Assembly (NCBI GenBank): GCA_013239625.1
Contig: MU053271.1
Location: 26,112 to 90,111 of the forward strand
DNA: 64,000 bases
Reading direction: 5' to 3'
Origin: Lama guanicoe
Taxonomy: Eukaryota
Of the stretch, positions 1 through 14,193 are shown piece after piece; position 1 is the stretch's first letter; each line of letters begins with the position of its first letter. The translations under genes and the position numbers were made by a program. A model generated the notes under the pieces. The model was given only the letters and a program-made list of their open reading frames with translations. It did no database searches and was not told where the DNA came from.

Positions 1-299
1 TGTAAGAGCGTTTATGGTAAACATGCCCGTTTAGGACCTGCTCCTTTTGTTCCTGAGAGCATAACTGGAGCTTGCATTCCTGGACCCAGAGTACCTGCAG
101 TTATGCTGCTCACACTAGGCAGCTGGGGCACATTACACATAATAATCAATCCCTTGGAAAATAAGACGGCATATCCTGACCTTACACCATCCTTGTGAGG
201 AATAATCATGACAAGCCCCATCTACCTGTGCCACAGATTTACAGCCGCTCCCCGCAGGGCCCTCCAGTGGCCTAACACACTAGAAGCTGTGGGCATCCA

Positions 300-2890
300 T
301 GCTCAGACAGCATGAGGTCCCAGCGCTGCTCCAGCCCTGACAATCACCCGCACCTTACGTCATGGTTTGAACCATGTATTAGGCACCCCAGGCATGGGGT
401 TCAGCACTGGGATAAGGAGCCCCCTCAGCTGGGGTGAAAACCAGCGGGCTTGCTGGAGCACTGTAAGAAGCTGAGCCTCTGCTCATGAAGAGCCTGTGCA
501 GAGACCCAGTGACTCCCCATCACGGCAGGGACACAGCAGGCTGAACACTGCCTGGGGCTCTGGCCGGATTGCAGGGGTGGCTCAGATGGGGGCCCCCTGG
601 ACTTCCCCAGGCTCCTGCTCCCCTCTCAGATGGAGGCTTCCACTGCCAGTCAGCGTGCATACAGTGGGGGAAAGTGGCGCTGGCCTGGGTGTGGCCCTGT
701 CTCTGAAAAGACGGCCAGCAGTCACGGCCAGCTAGAGTGTCCCTGCACACCCTCTACAGGGAACAGCACTAGCACCAGGGCAGAGCCTGCCATCCCCAGA
801 ACTCACTTTCCTGTGCACACCCGACAAGCGGTGGGGCCAGCTCAGGGCTGCGGCCCCAATCTCTCTGGCCCTGACCCACCCTCTAGCCAAGCTGTGCACG
901 TCAGAGAAAAGGTTATACCAGTACAGAAGGGCCGCTGCAAGCCCTCAGGCCTCAGCCACATCCCAAACCAAAGCAAAGACTGCCACCACACCCAGGCGAA
1001 CCCCACTCCCACAGAGATCCTGCTCCAGCCCTATGGGACCCTATGCCACCCCTGATAGGGCTGGAACAGTCACTGAGCAGAGGAGAAGCCCCTGCTTGAA
1101 CCTGGAACTGGCTCCAGTCCCTCTGATTCCAGCCCTGCCACCCCCATTGCAGGGGCTGCCAGCACATCCTGAGGGAAGAGGGCAGCCCAGAATCACTTCA
1201 GGTCCAGCTCTTCCCCACAAACCTGCTGAGCACAGAAGACTGCACAGGAGTGCTCTCACACAAGGACACACCTTTAATTCTGACAGGTAACTGTTTCATC
1301 TAATTTCACAGAGATATAGCAAATTAAAATGAGAACACACAGGAACATATATTATGTGAAAGAATAAGAAAATAATCATAATGAAAATAAATAAATAATT
1401 TACCTGACAAAAAGGTCAAAGCAACAGTATTAAGAATGATAACTGCACTGGGAAAAAGAACAGATGAACACAGGGGGAATTTTCAAAAAGAAGTAGAAAG
1501 TCTAAGAAAGAACCAGTCAGAGCAGAAGTGTAGGTAACACAGAAGATCAGGCAGTACAGACGACCCATTAGCAATCCGTAAGATAGAATAATGAAAAGCA
1601 CCCAATCAGAAAGGTAAGAAGAAAAAGCACATTACATGAGGTTAAGGGACTTCTGAGACAGTATCAAGCACAGTAACACTCACATTGTAGGGGTCCCTGA
1701 AGGAAGAGAGAGAAAGAGTGAGAAAACCTTTGATAAAATTATGGCTGGAAACTCCCCTGATCTGAAGAACAAAGCTGATATCCAGGCACAGGAATCAGAG
1801 AGAGTCCCAAATGTGATCAGCTCAAACCAACTCACACCAAGACCTATCATTATTCAAAAAGTGAAATTTAAAGACAATGACAGAAACAACCAAACAACCC
1901 AATCCAAAAATGGGCAAAAGACCTAAACAAGCAATTCTCCAAGGAAGANNNNNNNNNNNNNNNNNNNNNNNNNNNNNNNNNNNNNNNNNNNNNNNNNNNN
2001 NNNNNNNNNNNNNNNNNNNNNNNNNNNNNNNNNNNNNNNNNNNNNNNNNNNNNNNNNNNNNNNNNNNNNNNNNNNNNNNNNNNNNNNNNNNNNNNNNNNN
2101 NNNNNNNNNNNNNNNNNNNNNNNNNNNNNNNNNNNNNNNNNNNNNNNNNNNNNNNNNNNNNNNNNNNNNNNNNNNNNNNNNNNNNNNNNNNNNNNNNNNN
2201 NNNNNNNNNNNNNNNNNNNNNNNNNNNNNNNNNNNNNNNNNNNNNNNNNNNNNNNNNNNNNNNNNNNNNNNNNNNNNNNNNNNNNNNNNNNNNNNNNNNN
2301 NNNNNNNNNNNNNNNNNNNNNNNNNNNNNNNNNNNNNNNNNNNNNNNNNNNNNNNNNNNNNNNNNNNNNNNNNNNNNNNNNNNNNNNNNTAACGCCATTC
2401 AACACGGATGCTCCTGGAGAATGTCATTCTAAGTGAAGTAAGCCAGAAAGAGAAAGAAAAATACCATATGAGATCGCTCATATGTGGACTCCAAAAAAAA
2501 ACCAACAAAAAAAACCCCAAGCATAAATACAAAACAGAAAAAGACTCATAGACATAGAATACAAACTTGTGGTTACCAAGGGGGAAGGGGGTGGGAAGGG
2601 ATAGACTGGGATTTCAAAGTTGTAGAATAGATAAGATTATACTGTAGAGCACAAGGAAATATATATAAAGATCTTATGGCAGCTCACAGACAAAAAAATG
2701 TGACAATGAATATCTATATGTTCATGTATAACTGAAAAATTGTGCTGTACACTGGAATTTGACACAACATTGTAAAATGATTATAAATCAATAAAAAAAA
2801 GTCAAAAAGAAAGACAATAACAGAATTCTAAAGGCAAAAAAAGAGGAAAATGTCACATTAAAGGAAATCCTTCATAAGCCCATCAGCTCT
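300..2890 (+). mobile_element. Old LINE-1 5'UTR and ORF1 (degenerate), interrupted by a younger L1 3' end
   Basis: GC-richer 5' segment followed by ORF1-like peptide (ENSPDLKNKADIQAQESERVPN...TPRPIII) at 1741-1870, resuming at 2826. Left boundary approximate. Confidence 0.75.
1886..2809 (+). mobile_element. Young 5'-truncated L1 (ORF2 end, 3'UTR, A-tail) with target-site duplication
   Basis: TSD aaagacaatgacagaa (1870-1885) / aaagacaataacagaa (2810-2825); 3'UTR nearly the same as those at 10100-10560 and 54454-54938; contains an N gap. Confidence 0.9.
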
Positions 2891-3544
2891 TCTTACTGCA
2901 TGTATTTTTTAAATTTACATATATCTACTGTTCACTGTCTCTAAGAAGGTTTAGAGCTGTAGCTTTTTTAACTTACATAGTTACTAAAGGAGTAAAGCCA
3001 ACCACAAAGCAAGAATTAATTCAAAAAGGTAATACACCCTGCTATTAACAGCAGCACTTTTGCAATTGCCAAGACATGAAAGCACCCCAAGTGCACATCA
3101 ACAGATGACTGGATAAAGAAGATGCACCATACACATTACCTAATGGAACACAACTCACCCGTAAAAGAGAAGGATATTTTGCAATTTGTGGCTTTTCATT
3201 CACTTTTTTTCACTTCAAAACCCAGAATCTCATAACTGGCATAAACATTTCCATTGCATCAAACACAACAAAACACCTAGAAATAAGCTTAGAAATAAAT
3301 AACCAAGGAGGTTACTATACTCTGAAAACTGATGAAGGAAACTGAAGATGATACAAAGAAACAGAAAGATATCTTCTGCTCTTGGACTGGAAGCATCATT
3401 ATCAAAATGGTCATCTACCCAAAGCAAACTACANNNNNNNNNNNNNNNNNNNNNNNNNNNNNNNNNNNNNNNNNTAGAACAAACCAAAATTTATATGGAA
3501 CCGTAAAAGACCCTGAACAGCCACAGCAATCTTGTGTATGTCCC

Positions 3545-5510
3545 CCCCCCTTTCTTCTTATGGTTCTGTTTTCTTATGGTTAGATAACTAGAGAAGCTCC
3601 TTTAACATCTGTTGTAAAGCTGGCTTGGTGGCGGTGAATTCTTTTAGCTTTTGTTTATCTGAGAAGATTTTGATTTCTCCATCAAATCTGAAAAAGAGCC
3701 TTCCTGCACAGAATATTCTTGGCTGTAAATTTTTCACTTTCATCTGTTTAAATATGTCGTGCCACTCCCCTCTGGCCTGAAGACTATCTGCTGAGAAATC
3801 AGCTGACATAACCTTATGGGAGCTCCCTTGTATGTCATTTTGTTGTTTTCCTCTTGCTGATTTTAACATTTTCTCCTTACCCTTAATTTTGTAAGTTTGA
3901 TGACTCTGTGCCTTCATGTGTTCCTCTTTGTGCTGATGCTGTGTGGTACTCTCTGCACTTCCTGGACTTGGGTGACTGTTTCCTTTCCCAAGTTGGGGGA
4001 GTTTTTGGTTATTATCTGTCCCAAAATTTTCTCACGTCCTTTCTCTCTCTCTCCTCTTTTTGAGACCCCTATGAGTATTAGTGCACTTCATGTTGTCCCA
4101 GAGTTCTCTTAAACTATCCTCATGCCTCTTCATTTTTTTTTCCTGTTCTGCAGTAGTGATTTCCACTAATCTGTCTTCTAGCTCACTGATCTGTTCTGCT
4201 TCATTTAGTCTAGTCTTAGTTCCTTCTAGTGTGTTAGGTCATTAAAATCATTTCAGTGATTTTATTAGTCAACTCTGGGTATTCTTTATATTTTCTAACT
4301 TTCTGCTAAAAATTTTGCTCTGTGCATCTATACTCCTCTTGAGTTCTCTGAACATCTTCACCATCACTACTTTAACTTCTTTTTCAGATAAACTGCCTGT
4401 CTCATCACTTACTTTTTCTGGGATTTTATCTTGTACCTTGGCCTAGAAGATACTCCTCTGTTGTCTCATTCTGTATGTCTTTCTATTTCTACTTTTAGGT
4501 AGGATAGTTATGTTTCTCAACCTTGGAGAAGTGGCCCTCTGTGGGAGACATTCTATGTGTCCCAGCAGTACACTCCTCTTGTCACCCAAGGGCCAGAGTC
4601 CAGCCAGTCCCAGTGAAGACTCTGACCTGTGTTTGTGGGCTCCTTCCACAGGCTTTGGGGGCATTGTTTTCTTCCTTCTGGTATCAGCTCCCTGGTGGAT
4701 GAGGCTGGGCTAGAGGCTTATGCAGGTCTCTTGGCAGGAGAAGTCAGTGCCTGCCCACTGCTTGTTCCTGGACCTCTGGTGGGAAGGGCCTTGTCTCGAT
4801 GTATTTTTAGGACAGGAAGCCCACTGATAGGTGGGGCTGTGTTCCCACCCAGTTTGTTCTTTGGCCTGAGGCTTCCCGGCTCTTAAGCCTACAGGTTGTT
4901 GGGTGGGGCTAGGTTTTGGTGCTAGTGATTCAATCAAGATGTCAGCCTCCAGGAAAGCTCACATAGATAAACACTCCTGGAATGTCAGCCACCAGTTTTT
5001 ATATCCCCTGGGTGAGCCACAGCCTTCCCCTATGACCCCAGGAGACCTTCCAAAACCAGCAGGCAGGCCTGGCCCAGGTTTCTATGAAATCACTAGTTCT
5101 GCCCTTGAACCTGGCACACATGAATAGATTCTGTGTACGCCTCCCAAGAGAATGAACTCTCTGTTTCCCCCAGCCCCGTGGGGCTCCTAGAGCTAAGCAC
5201 CCCTGCCTTCAAAACCAGATGTCCTGGGGCCTCTTCCTCCTCCCAATGCTGAAATCCCAGGCTGGGGAGACTGACATGGGGCTCAGAACTCCTGTGGGAG
5301 GGTCTCTCTGATTTACTCTCTAGCTTGTGGGTAGCCCACCCCGGGGGGTATGAGGCTTGATTATATCATGAGCACACCTCTCCTACCATCCTGCTGTGGT
5401 CCCCGCTTTGTTTCCAGTTGAAGATCTTTTTTGCCAGGTGCATCTTTTTTTTGATGCTTGTTTAGCAGTCAGCTGTGGTTTCACAGTAGTCGTGAGGACA
5501 GGAGAGCTCA
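3545..5510 (-). mobile_element. LINE-1 5'UTR plus ORF1 fragment, antisense
   Basis: ORF 3588-3917(-) is L1 ORF1p C-terminal domain (SADFSADSLQARGEWHDIFKQMKVKNLQPRIF...KLKEFTATKPALQQMLKELL). Confidence 0.88.
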
Positions 5511-8200
5511 TGGAGGCCTATCAGCTGTTTTTCAGCAGTCATTGCAGGCCAGAAGGAACAGCCATGATATATTTAAAGTACTTAAAGGGAAAAGCCTAGA
5601 ACCTAGGCTACATAGTCAGCAAAGTTATTAATCACAGTTGAAATTTCGACAGTTAAAGAGTTTCTCAGATAAGCAAAACCTAAGAGTTCATCAATCCTAA
5701 ACTGACCTTATAGGAATTATTAAAAGGTTTTCTTTATGTGAAAAGGAACAAGAAATAAGAACTTGTGTGAAGGGGGAAATCCCACTTTTAGGGCAAAAAT
5801 GGAGCAACGGCTGTGAATCAACCACTTAAATAAGCCACTATAAAGACTGAAAGACAAAACTTGTAAAAACTATACTTACAGTAAACATTTATACAAGGCA
5901 TATGAAGATGTAGAAAATAAAATCAAAACCAAAAAAAAAGAACTTACATGTCCTTAAACACAATCACTTTAAGACTATCAGATATTGGAACAGAGCGAAA
6001 TATATGAACCTCATGATAATCATAAATCAAAAACTGACATTAGATATGCAAAGGCAAGTGAGAGAAACACAGACATAACAACAAAGAAAATCAACCAACC
6101 ATAAGAGAAGAATATGAAGAAAGAAGGACAGAGAAGAACTACAAAAACATTTGGCAAGGTAGAAGGATACAACATTAACATACACAAATCAGTTGCATTT
6201 CTTTACACTAACAATGAAATAGTGGAAAAAGAAAGTAAAAATAAAATAAAAAATCCCCTTTAAAATCACATCTAAAACAATAAAATACTTAGGAATAAAT
6301 CTGGCCAAGCAAGTGAAAGACTTACACATGGAGAACTATGACACATTGATTAAACAAATTAAAGAGGACTTAAAGAAATGGAAAGATATCCTATACTCTT
6401 GGATTGGGAGAATTAATAATGTTAAAATGGCCACACTGCCCAAGGCAATCTACACAGTTAAAGCATTCCCTATCAAGTTACCCAGGACATTTTTCACAGA
6501 ACTAGAACAAATAGTCCTAAAATTCACATGGAATCATAAAAGACACAGAATTGCCAAAGCAATACTGAAGAAAACAAATAGAGCTGGAGGAATGAGCCTC
6601 CCAAACTTCAGACAATATTACAGAGCTACAGTAATCAAAAAAGTGTGGTACTGGCATAAAAACAGACACATGGATCAATGCAACAGAATAGGGATCCCAG
6701 AAATAAAACACACAGACCTACAATTAATCTTTGGCAAAGGTGACAAGATATATAATCGAGAAAAGACAGTTCCCTCAGCAAGTGGTATTGGGAAAACTGG
6801 ACAGCAGCACGTAAGTGACTGAAGTTAGGGCACTCCCTCACACCATACATAAAAAATAAACTCACAATGGCTTAAAGATTGAAATATAAGACATGGCACC
6901 ATAAAACTCCTAGAAGTGAAAATAGGGAAAACATTCTGACATGAATTGTAGCAATGTATTCTTAGGTCAGTCTCCCAAGGCAAGAAATAAAAGCACAAAT
7001 AAACAGATGGGACCCAAACAAACTTACAAGTTTTTGCACACACAGCAAAGCAAACCATAAAGAAAATGAAAAGACAAACTACAAAATTGAAGAAAATATT
7101 CACAATGTGACCAAAAAGGGCTTAATTTCCAAAATTTACAGATAGCACATAAAGCTCAGTAACAACAACAACAAAACAAATGATCCAAACCCCAAAACAG
7201 TCTGAAGACCTAGTCATTTCTCCAAAGAAAACTACAAATGGCCAACAGGCACATGAAAAGATGCTCAATGTTGCTAATAACTAGAGAAATTCACGTCAGA
7301 ACTACAATGAGGTATCACCTCACACCAGTCAGAATGGCCATTATTGAAATGTTTACAAATAACAAATGCTGGAGACACTGGGCAAAGGGAACCCTCCTAC
7401 ACTGTTGGTGGGACTGCACATTGGTACAACCACTGTGGAAAATGGTAAGGAAGTTCTTTAAAAAACTAAAAGTAGAGCTACCATGTCATCCAACAATCCC
7501 ACTGTTGGGCTCATCCAGAGAAAACACTAAATTAAAAAGATATATGCATCCCAATGTTCAAACAGCACTATTTGTAATAGCCAAGACATGGAAGCAACCT
7601 ACGTGTCCCCTGTGAGATAAATGGATAAAGAAGAAGTGTTTTAGATATACATATATTTTATAAACACACACTCACCAGAATACTACTCTGCCATAAAAAA
7701 GAATGAAATGATACTATTTGCAGCAAAATGCATGGATCTACAAATTATACTAATAAAGTTCGTTACAGAAAGACAAATGCCATATGATATAATTTTTATG
7801 TGGAATTTAAAACATGCCACAAGTGAACTTATTTACAAAACAGAAACAGACTCACAGACTTAAAAGACAAACTTTGATTACTAAGTGGAAAGCAGGAAGG
7901 GGGATAAATTAGATGTTTGGGATGAGCAGATACAAACTCCAGTAGATATAAACTACTACATGTAAAATAAGTATAAAAACAAGGTCCTTCTGTAAAGCAC
8001 AGGGAACGTTTTTCAATATCCTATAATAAACCATAATGAAAAAGAGTAAGGAAAGGAATATATATATATGTATATGTGTGTGTGTGTATATATATATGTG
8101 TGTGTATATGTATATATATATATACACATATACATACACTATGCTGTACATATTCAAACAAAATATTATTATATGAATTAAGCCATTATATTAACAGAGT
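5511..8200 (+). mobile_element. LINE-1 ORF1 end, spacer, 3' part of ORF2 and 3'UTR, with an internal deletion
   Basis: ORF1 C-terminal remnants 5511-5740; ORF2 peptides at 6313-6822 ([25 protein letters not shown]) and 7238-7615 ([13 protein letters not shown]...HCWWDC); 3'UTR ending in a TA/TG tract. Confidence 0.9.
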
Positions 8201-8239
8201 AATAGTAGACTATACTGAAAATGCAATACTGGTCAAGAT

Positions 8240-10570
8240 TCAAAAATAACTATTCAACACCCATTTATGATAAAAAAAAAAAAACTCACCAAAGTGGGTA
8301 TAGAGGGAACATATCTCAACATAATAAAAACTATATATGACAAACCTACAGCCAGCATAGTACTCAACGGTGAGAAACTCAAAAGCTTCCCACTTAAAAT
8401 CTGGGACAAGACAAGGCTGCCCACTATCACCACTCCCATTCAACATAGTCTTGGAAGTCCCAGCCACAGCAATCAGGCAAGAAAGAAATAAAAGGGATTC
8501 AAATTGGAAAAAGAAGATGTAAAATTCTCACTATATGCAGATGACATGATACTATATATAGAAAACCCTAAAAGGTCCACAAAAAAACTACGAGAACTAA
8601 TCAAAGAATTCAGCAAGGTAGCAGGTTACGAGATTAACATTCAAAAATCAGTTGCATTTCTTTACAGTAATGATGAATCAACAGGAAAAGAAAGTAAAGA
8701 AACAATCCCCTTTAAAATAGCACCCAAAGTAATAAAATACCTAGAAATAAATCTAACCAAGGAGGTGAAAGACTTATACACAAGAGAACTAGAAAACATT
8801 AAGGAAATTAAAGAATACTTAAAAAAACGGAAAGGCATCCCATGCTCTTGGATTGGAAGAATCAATATTGTTAAAATGCTCATACTTCCCAAGGCAATCT
8901 ATAGATTTAATGTAATCCCTATCAAATTACCTGGGACATATTTCACGGAACTAGAACAAATCATCCTAAAATTTATATGGAATCACAAAACACTCAGAAT
9001 TGCCAAAGCATTACTGAAGAAAAAAAGGCTGGAGGATTAACTCTTCAGGACTTCAGACAATATTACAGAGCTACAGTCATCAAAACAGCATGCTATTGGT
9101 ACAAAAACAGACATATGGACCATTGGAACAGAACAGACAGCCCAGAAATGACCCACAAACTTTTGATCAACTAATCTTTGACAAAGGAGGCAAGAACATA
9201 CAATGGAATAAAGACAGTCTCTTCAGCAAATCATGTTGGGAAAACTGGACAGCAGCTTGTAATTCACTGAAGCTAGAACACTTCCTTACACCTTACATAA
9301 AAATAAACTCAAAATAGATCAAAGACTTAAACATAAGACAAGATACAATATACCTAGAAGAAAACAGGAAAAACGTGATCTCAAAAATGTTCTCCTAGGG
9401 CAGTCTACTCAAGCAATAGAAATAAAAGCAAGAATAAACAAATGGGACCTAATGAAACTTACAAGCTTTTGCACAGCAAAGGAAACCGTAAGTAAAACAA
9501 AACAACCTACGAATGGGAGAAAATTTTTCCAAAAGATGAAACTGACAAAGGCTTGATCTCCAGAATATACAAGCAGCTCATATGTCTTAGTAAGAAAAAA
9601 ACAAACAACCCAACCCAAAAATGGGCAGAAGACCTAAACAAGCAATTCTCCAAGGAAGACATACAAATGATCAATAGACACAGGAAAAAATGTTCAATAT
9701 CACTCATTATCAGAGAAATGCAAAGCAAAACTACAATGAGGTATCACCTCACACCAGTCAGAATAGCCATCATTCAAAAAGTCCACAAATGACAACTGCT
9801 GGAGAGGCTGTGGAGAAATGGGAACCCTCCTACACTGCTGGTGGGAATGTAGTTTGGTGCAGCCACTGTGGAAAACAGTATGGAGATTCCTCAAAAGACT
9901 AGGAACAGACCTACCATATGATCCAGGAAGCCCCACGCCTGGGCATATATCCACAAGGAACCCTACTTCAAAAAGACACCTGCACCCCAATGTTCATAGC
10001 AGCACTATTTACAATAGCCAAGATATGGAAATAAATGTCCATCGACAGGAGATAAAGAAGAGGTGGTATATTTATACAATGGAATACTATTCAGCCATAA
10101 AATGACAACATAACACCATTTGTAGCAACGTGGATAACCCTGAAGAATGTCATTCTAAGTGAAGTAAGCCAGAAAGAGAAAGAAAAATACCAAAATACCA
10201 CTGCTCATATATGCAGTCTAAAAAGAAAAGAAAAATACAAATGAACATCAATACGAAACAGGAACAGACTCAAAGACATAGAATACAAACTTGTGGTTGC
10301 TGGGGGGAGGGGGTGGGAAGGGACAGACTGGGAATTCAAAATTTTAGATACTGACAGGTATACACAGAACAGATAAACAAGATTACACTGTATAGCACAA
10401 GGAAATGTATACAAGATCTTGTGGTAGCTCTTAGTGAAAGAGATTGTGACAATGAATATATGTATGTTCACGTATAGCTGAAAAATTGTGCTCTACACTG
10501 GAAATTGACACATTTTAAACTGACTGTAGCTCAATAAAATAAACTTTTTTAAAAAGTAGGTAAACAATAA
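8240..10570 (+). mobile_element. 5'-truncated LINE-1 (RT region to 3'UTR), frameshifted
   Basis: RT motif YADD in 8504-9040, C-terminal HCWWEC at ~9835, 3'UTR with AATAAA at ~10533. Confidence 0.95.
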
Positions 10571-11129
10571 AAATAATTAAATTAAATAAATATGCAAAAC
10601 TTTTTTGAGATCCCCAAAATAACTTCAGTCACTTTCTTGTTCATACGGTTCAGAGCATAGGAGATGGAATGAGAGCCAGACCATCATGAATTCATACGGT
10701 CAATATTCTGTTTCTTAGGCAGGTGACTTAATCCATATAAATCTCATTTCCCAAATACTCAACTTGAGAATACTACTATTAATCACATTGTAGCCCTACT
10801 ATGAAGTTAAAATATGGTAATAACTAAACTACAGTGGCTTACTAAATATTTAAAACTGTAGTCATCATTATATTACTAATACCTTTACAGTAAGTATGTA
10901 GCAATTTAAATGTTCAATAAGTATATGACTTCATTAAATATGCATTTTTAATATTTAAAAATTTAAATATTTTAAAAATAATTTAGTATTTAAAAACTTT
11001 TTAATATTTAAAAAATAACTAAATTACCCCCTTAACAGAAAGTACAATGATAAAATAATGATTAAGTAGGATAAATGTATAAAGGTATCTAATAAGGTTC
11101 ATTGAGTAGTCATGAAAATAACTCTTAGC

Positions 11130-12640
11130 AAAACTGTGAAAGAAAGCAACTTCCATTACAAAGTGAAAATAATCAAAGCAGTATAGTGTTGGCTTGGAAA
11201 CAGACACATATAGCAATGGAACAGAATAAAGCTCATAAATAAACCTGTGCGTATATCAACAATAATTCATGACAAGGGAGCCAAAAATATATAATGGGGA
11301 GAGGACAGTTTCTTCACTAAACAGTGTGGGGAAAACTGTATAAGTACATGCAGACAAATGAAAATGGACACCTATCTTATTACCAAAGTCAACTCAAAAT
11401 GCATGAAGGATTTGAATGTCAGACCTGAAACCATAAAACTACTGTAAGAAATTGTAGGCAGTAAGCTCCCTGACATCAGTCTTGGATCTTGGTGGTGAAC
11501 TTTTGGATTTGACACCAAAAGCAAAAGAAACAAAAATAAAGATAAGCAAGTGGGATTATATCAAACTAAAAAGCTTCTGCACAGCAAAGGAAATTAACAA
11601 AAACATGAAAAGGTACCTTACTGAATGGTAAGAATGGGAGAAAAGAACTGCAAATAGTAACTGAAAAGGGGGTGATATACAAAATATATAAAAAAGCTCC
11701 TACAACTCAATAATCACAACATTAAAAAAACACAATCTGATTAAAACATGAAAAGGACCAATATATCATTAGTCATCAGGGAAACAGAAATCAATACCAC
11801 AACAAGGTATCACCTCACATGTGTCAGAATGCCTGTTACCAAAAAGACAAGACATAACAAGGTTCGGCAAGACATGGAGAAATGGGAAACCTGTGACTGT
11901 TGGGAACGTAAATTAGTGGAGCCACAATGTTAAACAACATGGAGGTTTCCCAAAATACTAAAAATAGGGCTACTATATGATCCAGCAATTCCACTCTTCT
12001 TTATCTGAAAGAAATGAAAACACTAATTTGAGAGGAGATCTGCATGCCCATCTTCACTACAGCATTAATTCAATAATCAAGATACGGAAACAATTTAAGT
12101 GTCCATCAGTGGATGAATGGACAAAGAAAATCTGGTATGCATGTATACGTCTAACAAAGTACCATTAAGTCATTAAAAAGAATGAAATCTTGCTATTTGC
12201 ATCAACCTGGATTGACCCTAAGGGCATTACGCTAAATGAAATAAATCAGAGATAAACATACACGGCTTCATTTACAGGTGGAAGCTAAATAAGACAAAAC
12301 CAAAAGGCGGCTCATAGATACAGAGAACAGACTGGTGGTTGCCAGGTGTGGGGAGGAGGAGGGGAAATATTGGTGAATGGGGCCAATGCATACAAATTTC
12401 CATTTACAAAATAAGTGACACATACAGTGTGGTGACTGTAAGTAATAATACCACATAAAATACTTGATATTACTAAGGGAGTAGAATCTTATCACAAGAA
12501 AAATGTGTAAACATATACGATGGAAGTTAACTAAACTTACTGTGGTTATCACTTCACAATATATATAACTATCAAATCATTATGCTGTATGCCAGAACCT
12601 AAGATAAAGTTATTTGTCTATTCTAGCTCAATAAAAACAA
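11130..12640 (+). mobile_element. Older L1 (L1MA-like) ORF2 3' end and 3'UTR
   Basis: Degenerate TTRYHLTCVRMP, KCPSVDEW; 3'UTR ending ctcaataaaaa at ~12635. Confidence 0.85.
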
Positions 12641-12704
12641 TCACACAAACAAATAAGGCTATGCAATTTGTAAAAGGATATACTTGGGATAATGTGAAAA
12701 TTTA

Positions 12705-12950
12705 GCAACATTAGTAGTAATAATAATAATAATAACAACAACAACAATAACAATAACAACAACCCTGGGCACTTCCTTTGGTGATCATTGTGCTAAGGGC
12801 TTTACTCACATTATCTCACTTACAAGACAATCAATCATAAAAAGATCTGTACCAGACAATTTTACAAAGAATGAAGCTGTGGCTTGGAAAAGTTAAGCAA
12901 TTTTCCCAAGACAGCCAGTGGCAGAGCCAGGACTCAGACCTGTCTTTCAA
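12705..12950 (-). mobile_element. MIR SINE relic with adjacent (TAA/CAA)n microsatellite
   Basis: tgtgctaagggcttta...attatctca...ttttacaaagaatgaagctg...gttaagcaattttcccaag...gtggcagagccaggactc resembles antisense MIR core. Confidence 0.7.
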
Positions 12951-14193
12951 GCAGCGAAAACCTGGAACCAGAACAAAAGTGCACAGACTGATTTTCATCC
13001 TACTAGACTACGTCTTACTACCTAATCACTTCTGATTCCGGCCCCTTCAAGTCTCTGAACTTCAATTTTCATTTATATATAAAACTTAGGATACGAAAAC
13101 CTGCACTGTCTATCCTGCAAAGTCGTACTGAGAAAGAACAGGGTTAATGTTGCTTTGAAACCTGTGATAAGATGAATAGATACAAGGAGGACAGGCAATG
13201 GTCACAGCGTGGTGGCACCACCAGCCACAGCAGCCTGCTAAGAGCATCAGCACAGGTTAGTTCTGGTTTCTGCGCAAGATACAGAATGGACACTCCGTTG
13301 TTCTTAGGGATCGTCCCGCTAAGTAAAAATATCTAAATGAAGCTGAAAAGAGTACAGCACATCCAGAATCAGCTCATTAAAAGTGCTGAGGGTTTGATGT
13401 GTGTGTCTGTTTTGTTTTGCTACACAGAGGAGGGCTGCTATTATAAACTCTGAGCAGCTGTCTGTGGTTCTGTAGTAAAAATACATTTGGGGTCCTATTC
13501 TTGCAATTTCCTGAATGGGTGAGGAAGATGGGGGTGGCAGGGATGGGTTTACTCTACTGCACAGTAACGTATGTCCACACTAACACCCTATTCTGATGAG
13601 TCAGCACACCACTTTAGGATGAGCAACCTGAGAATAAAGAGAAAGCATCCTGCACCAGGCATTAAGTTTCATAGAGTACAGGTGCCCAAGTACAGGAATC
13701 ACACACTCAGCAGTCCAAGAAAACGCAAACAGCACAGCAGAGGAACATAAAAAGACAGCAAGCTCTTGCCTTTTGTTCAAAAACAAAAGTGACAATTTCA
13801 TTCTGCTTTACAGAAATCTGCAACCGTTCAGGCAGGTCCTGCAGACAGTTCCGACCTACCCAGGTCACTTCAGCTGTAGTTACTCCTCCCCCTGTGGAAG
13901 AAGAACTCTAATAAAGACTGCCATCTTTATTGCTTTACCAATAGAAATTCCACCCACGGTATTTTCCATATTCTTTGGAAGGAAACAGACTGAAAACTGG
14001 CTTTTTAATAGACAGAAATGCAAAGTGAGGTGCAGACGAAGGAAATAGAAAACTGAATCTAACATGAGTGAGCATGATGAGTCCCAACAATATTTAGAAT
14101 CCAGACAGGAAGAAACACATTCAGAGCAACAGGAACCAGAAAGAAAACAAAAGGAAAGAAGGCAGCTTCCTGAATCTGATTATCTAAGTGAAC

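Noticed and set aside
6313..10105. L1 ORF2 ORFs as an active retrotransposon
   Set aside because: Fragmented by stops and frameshifts; no intact ORF1-ORF2 pair.
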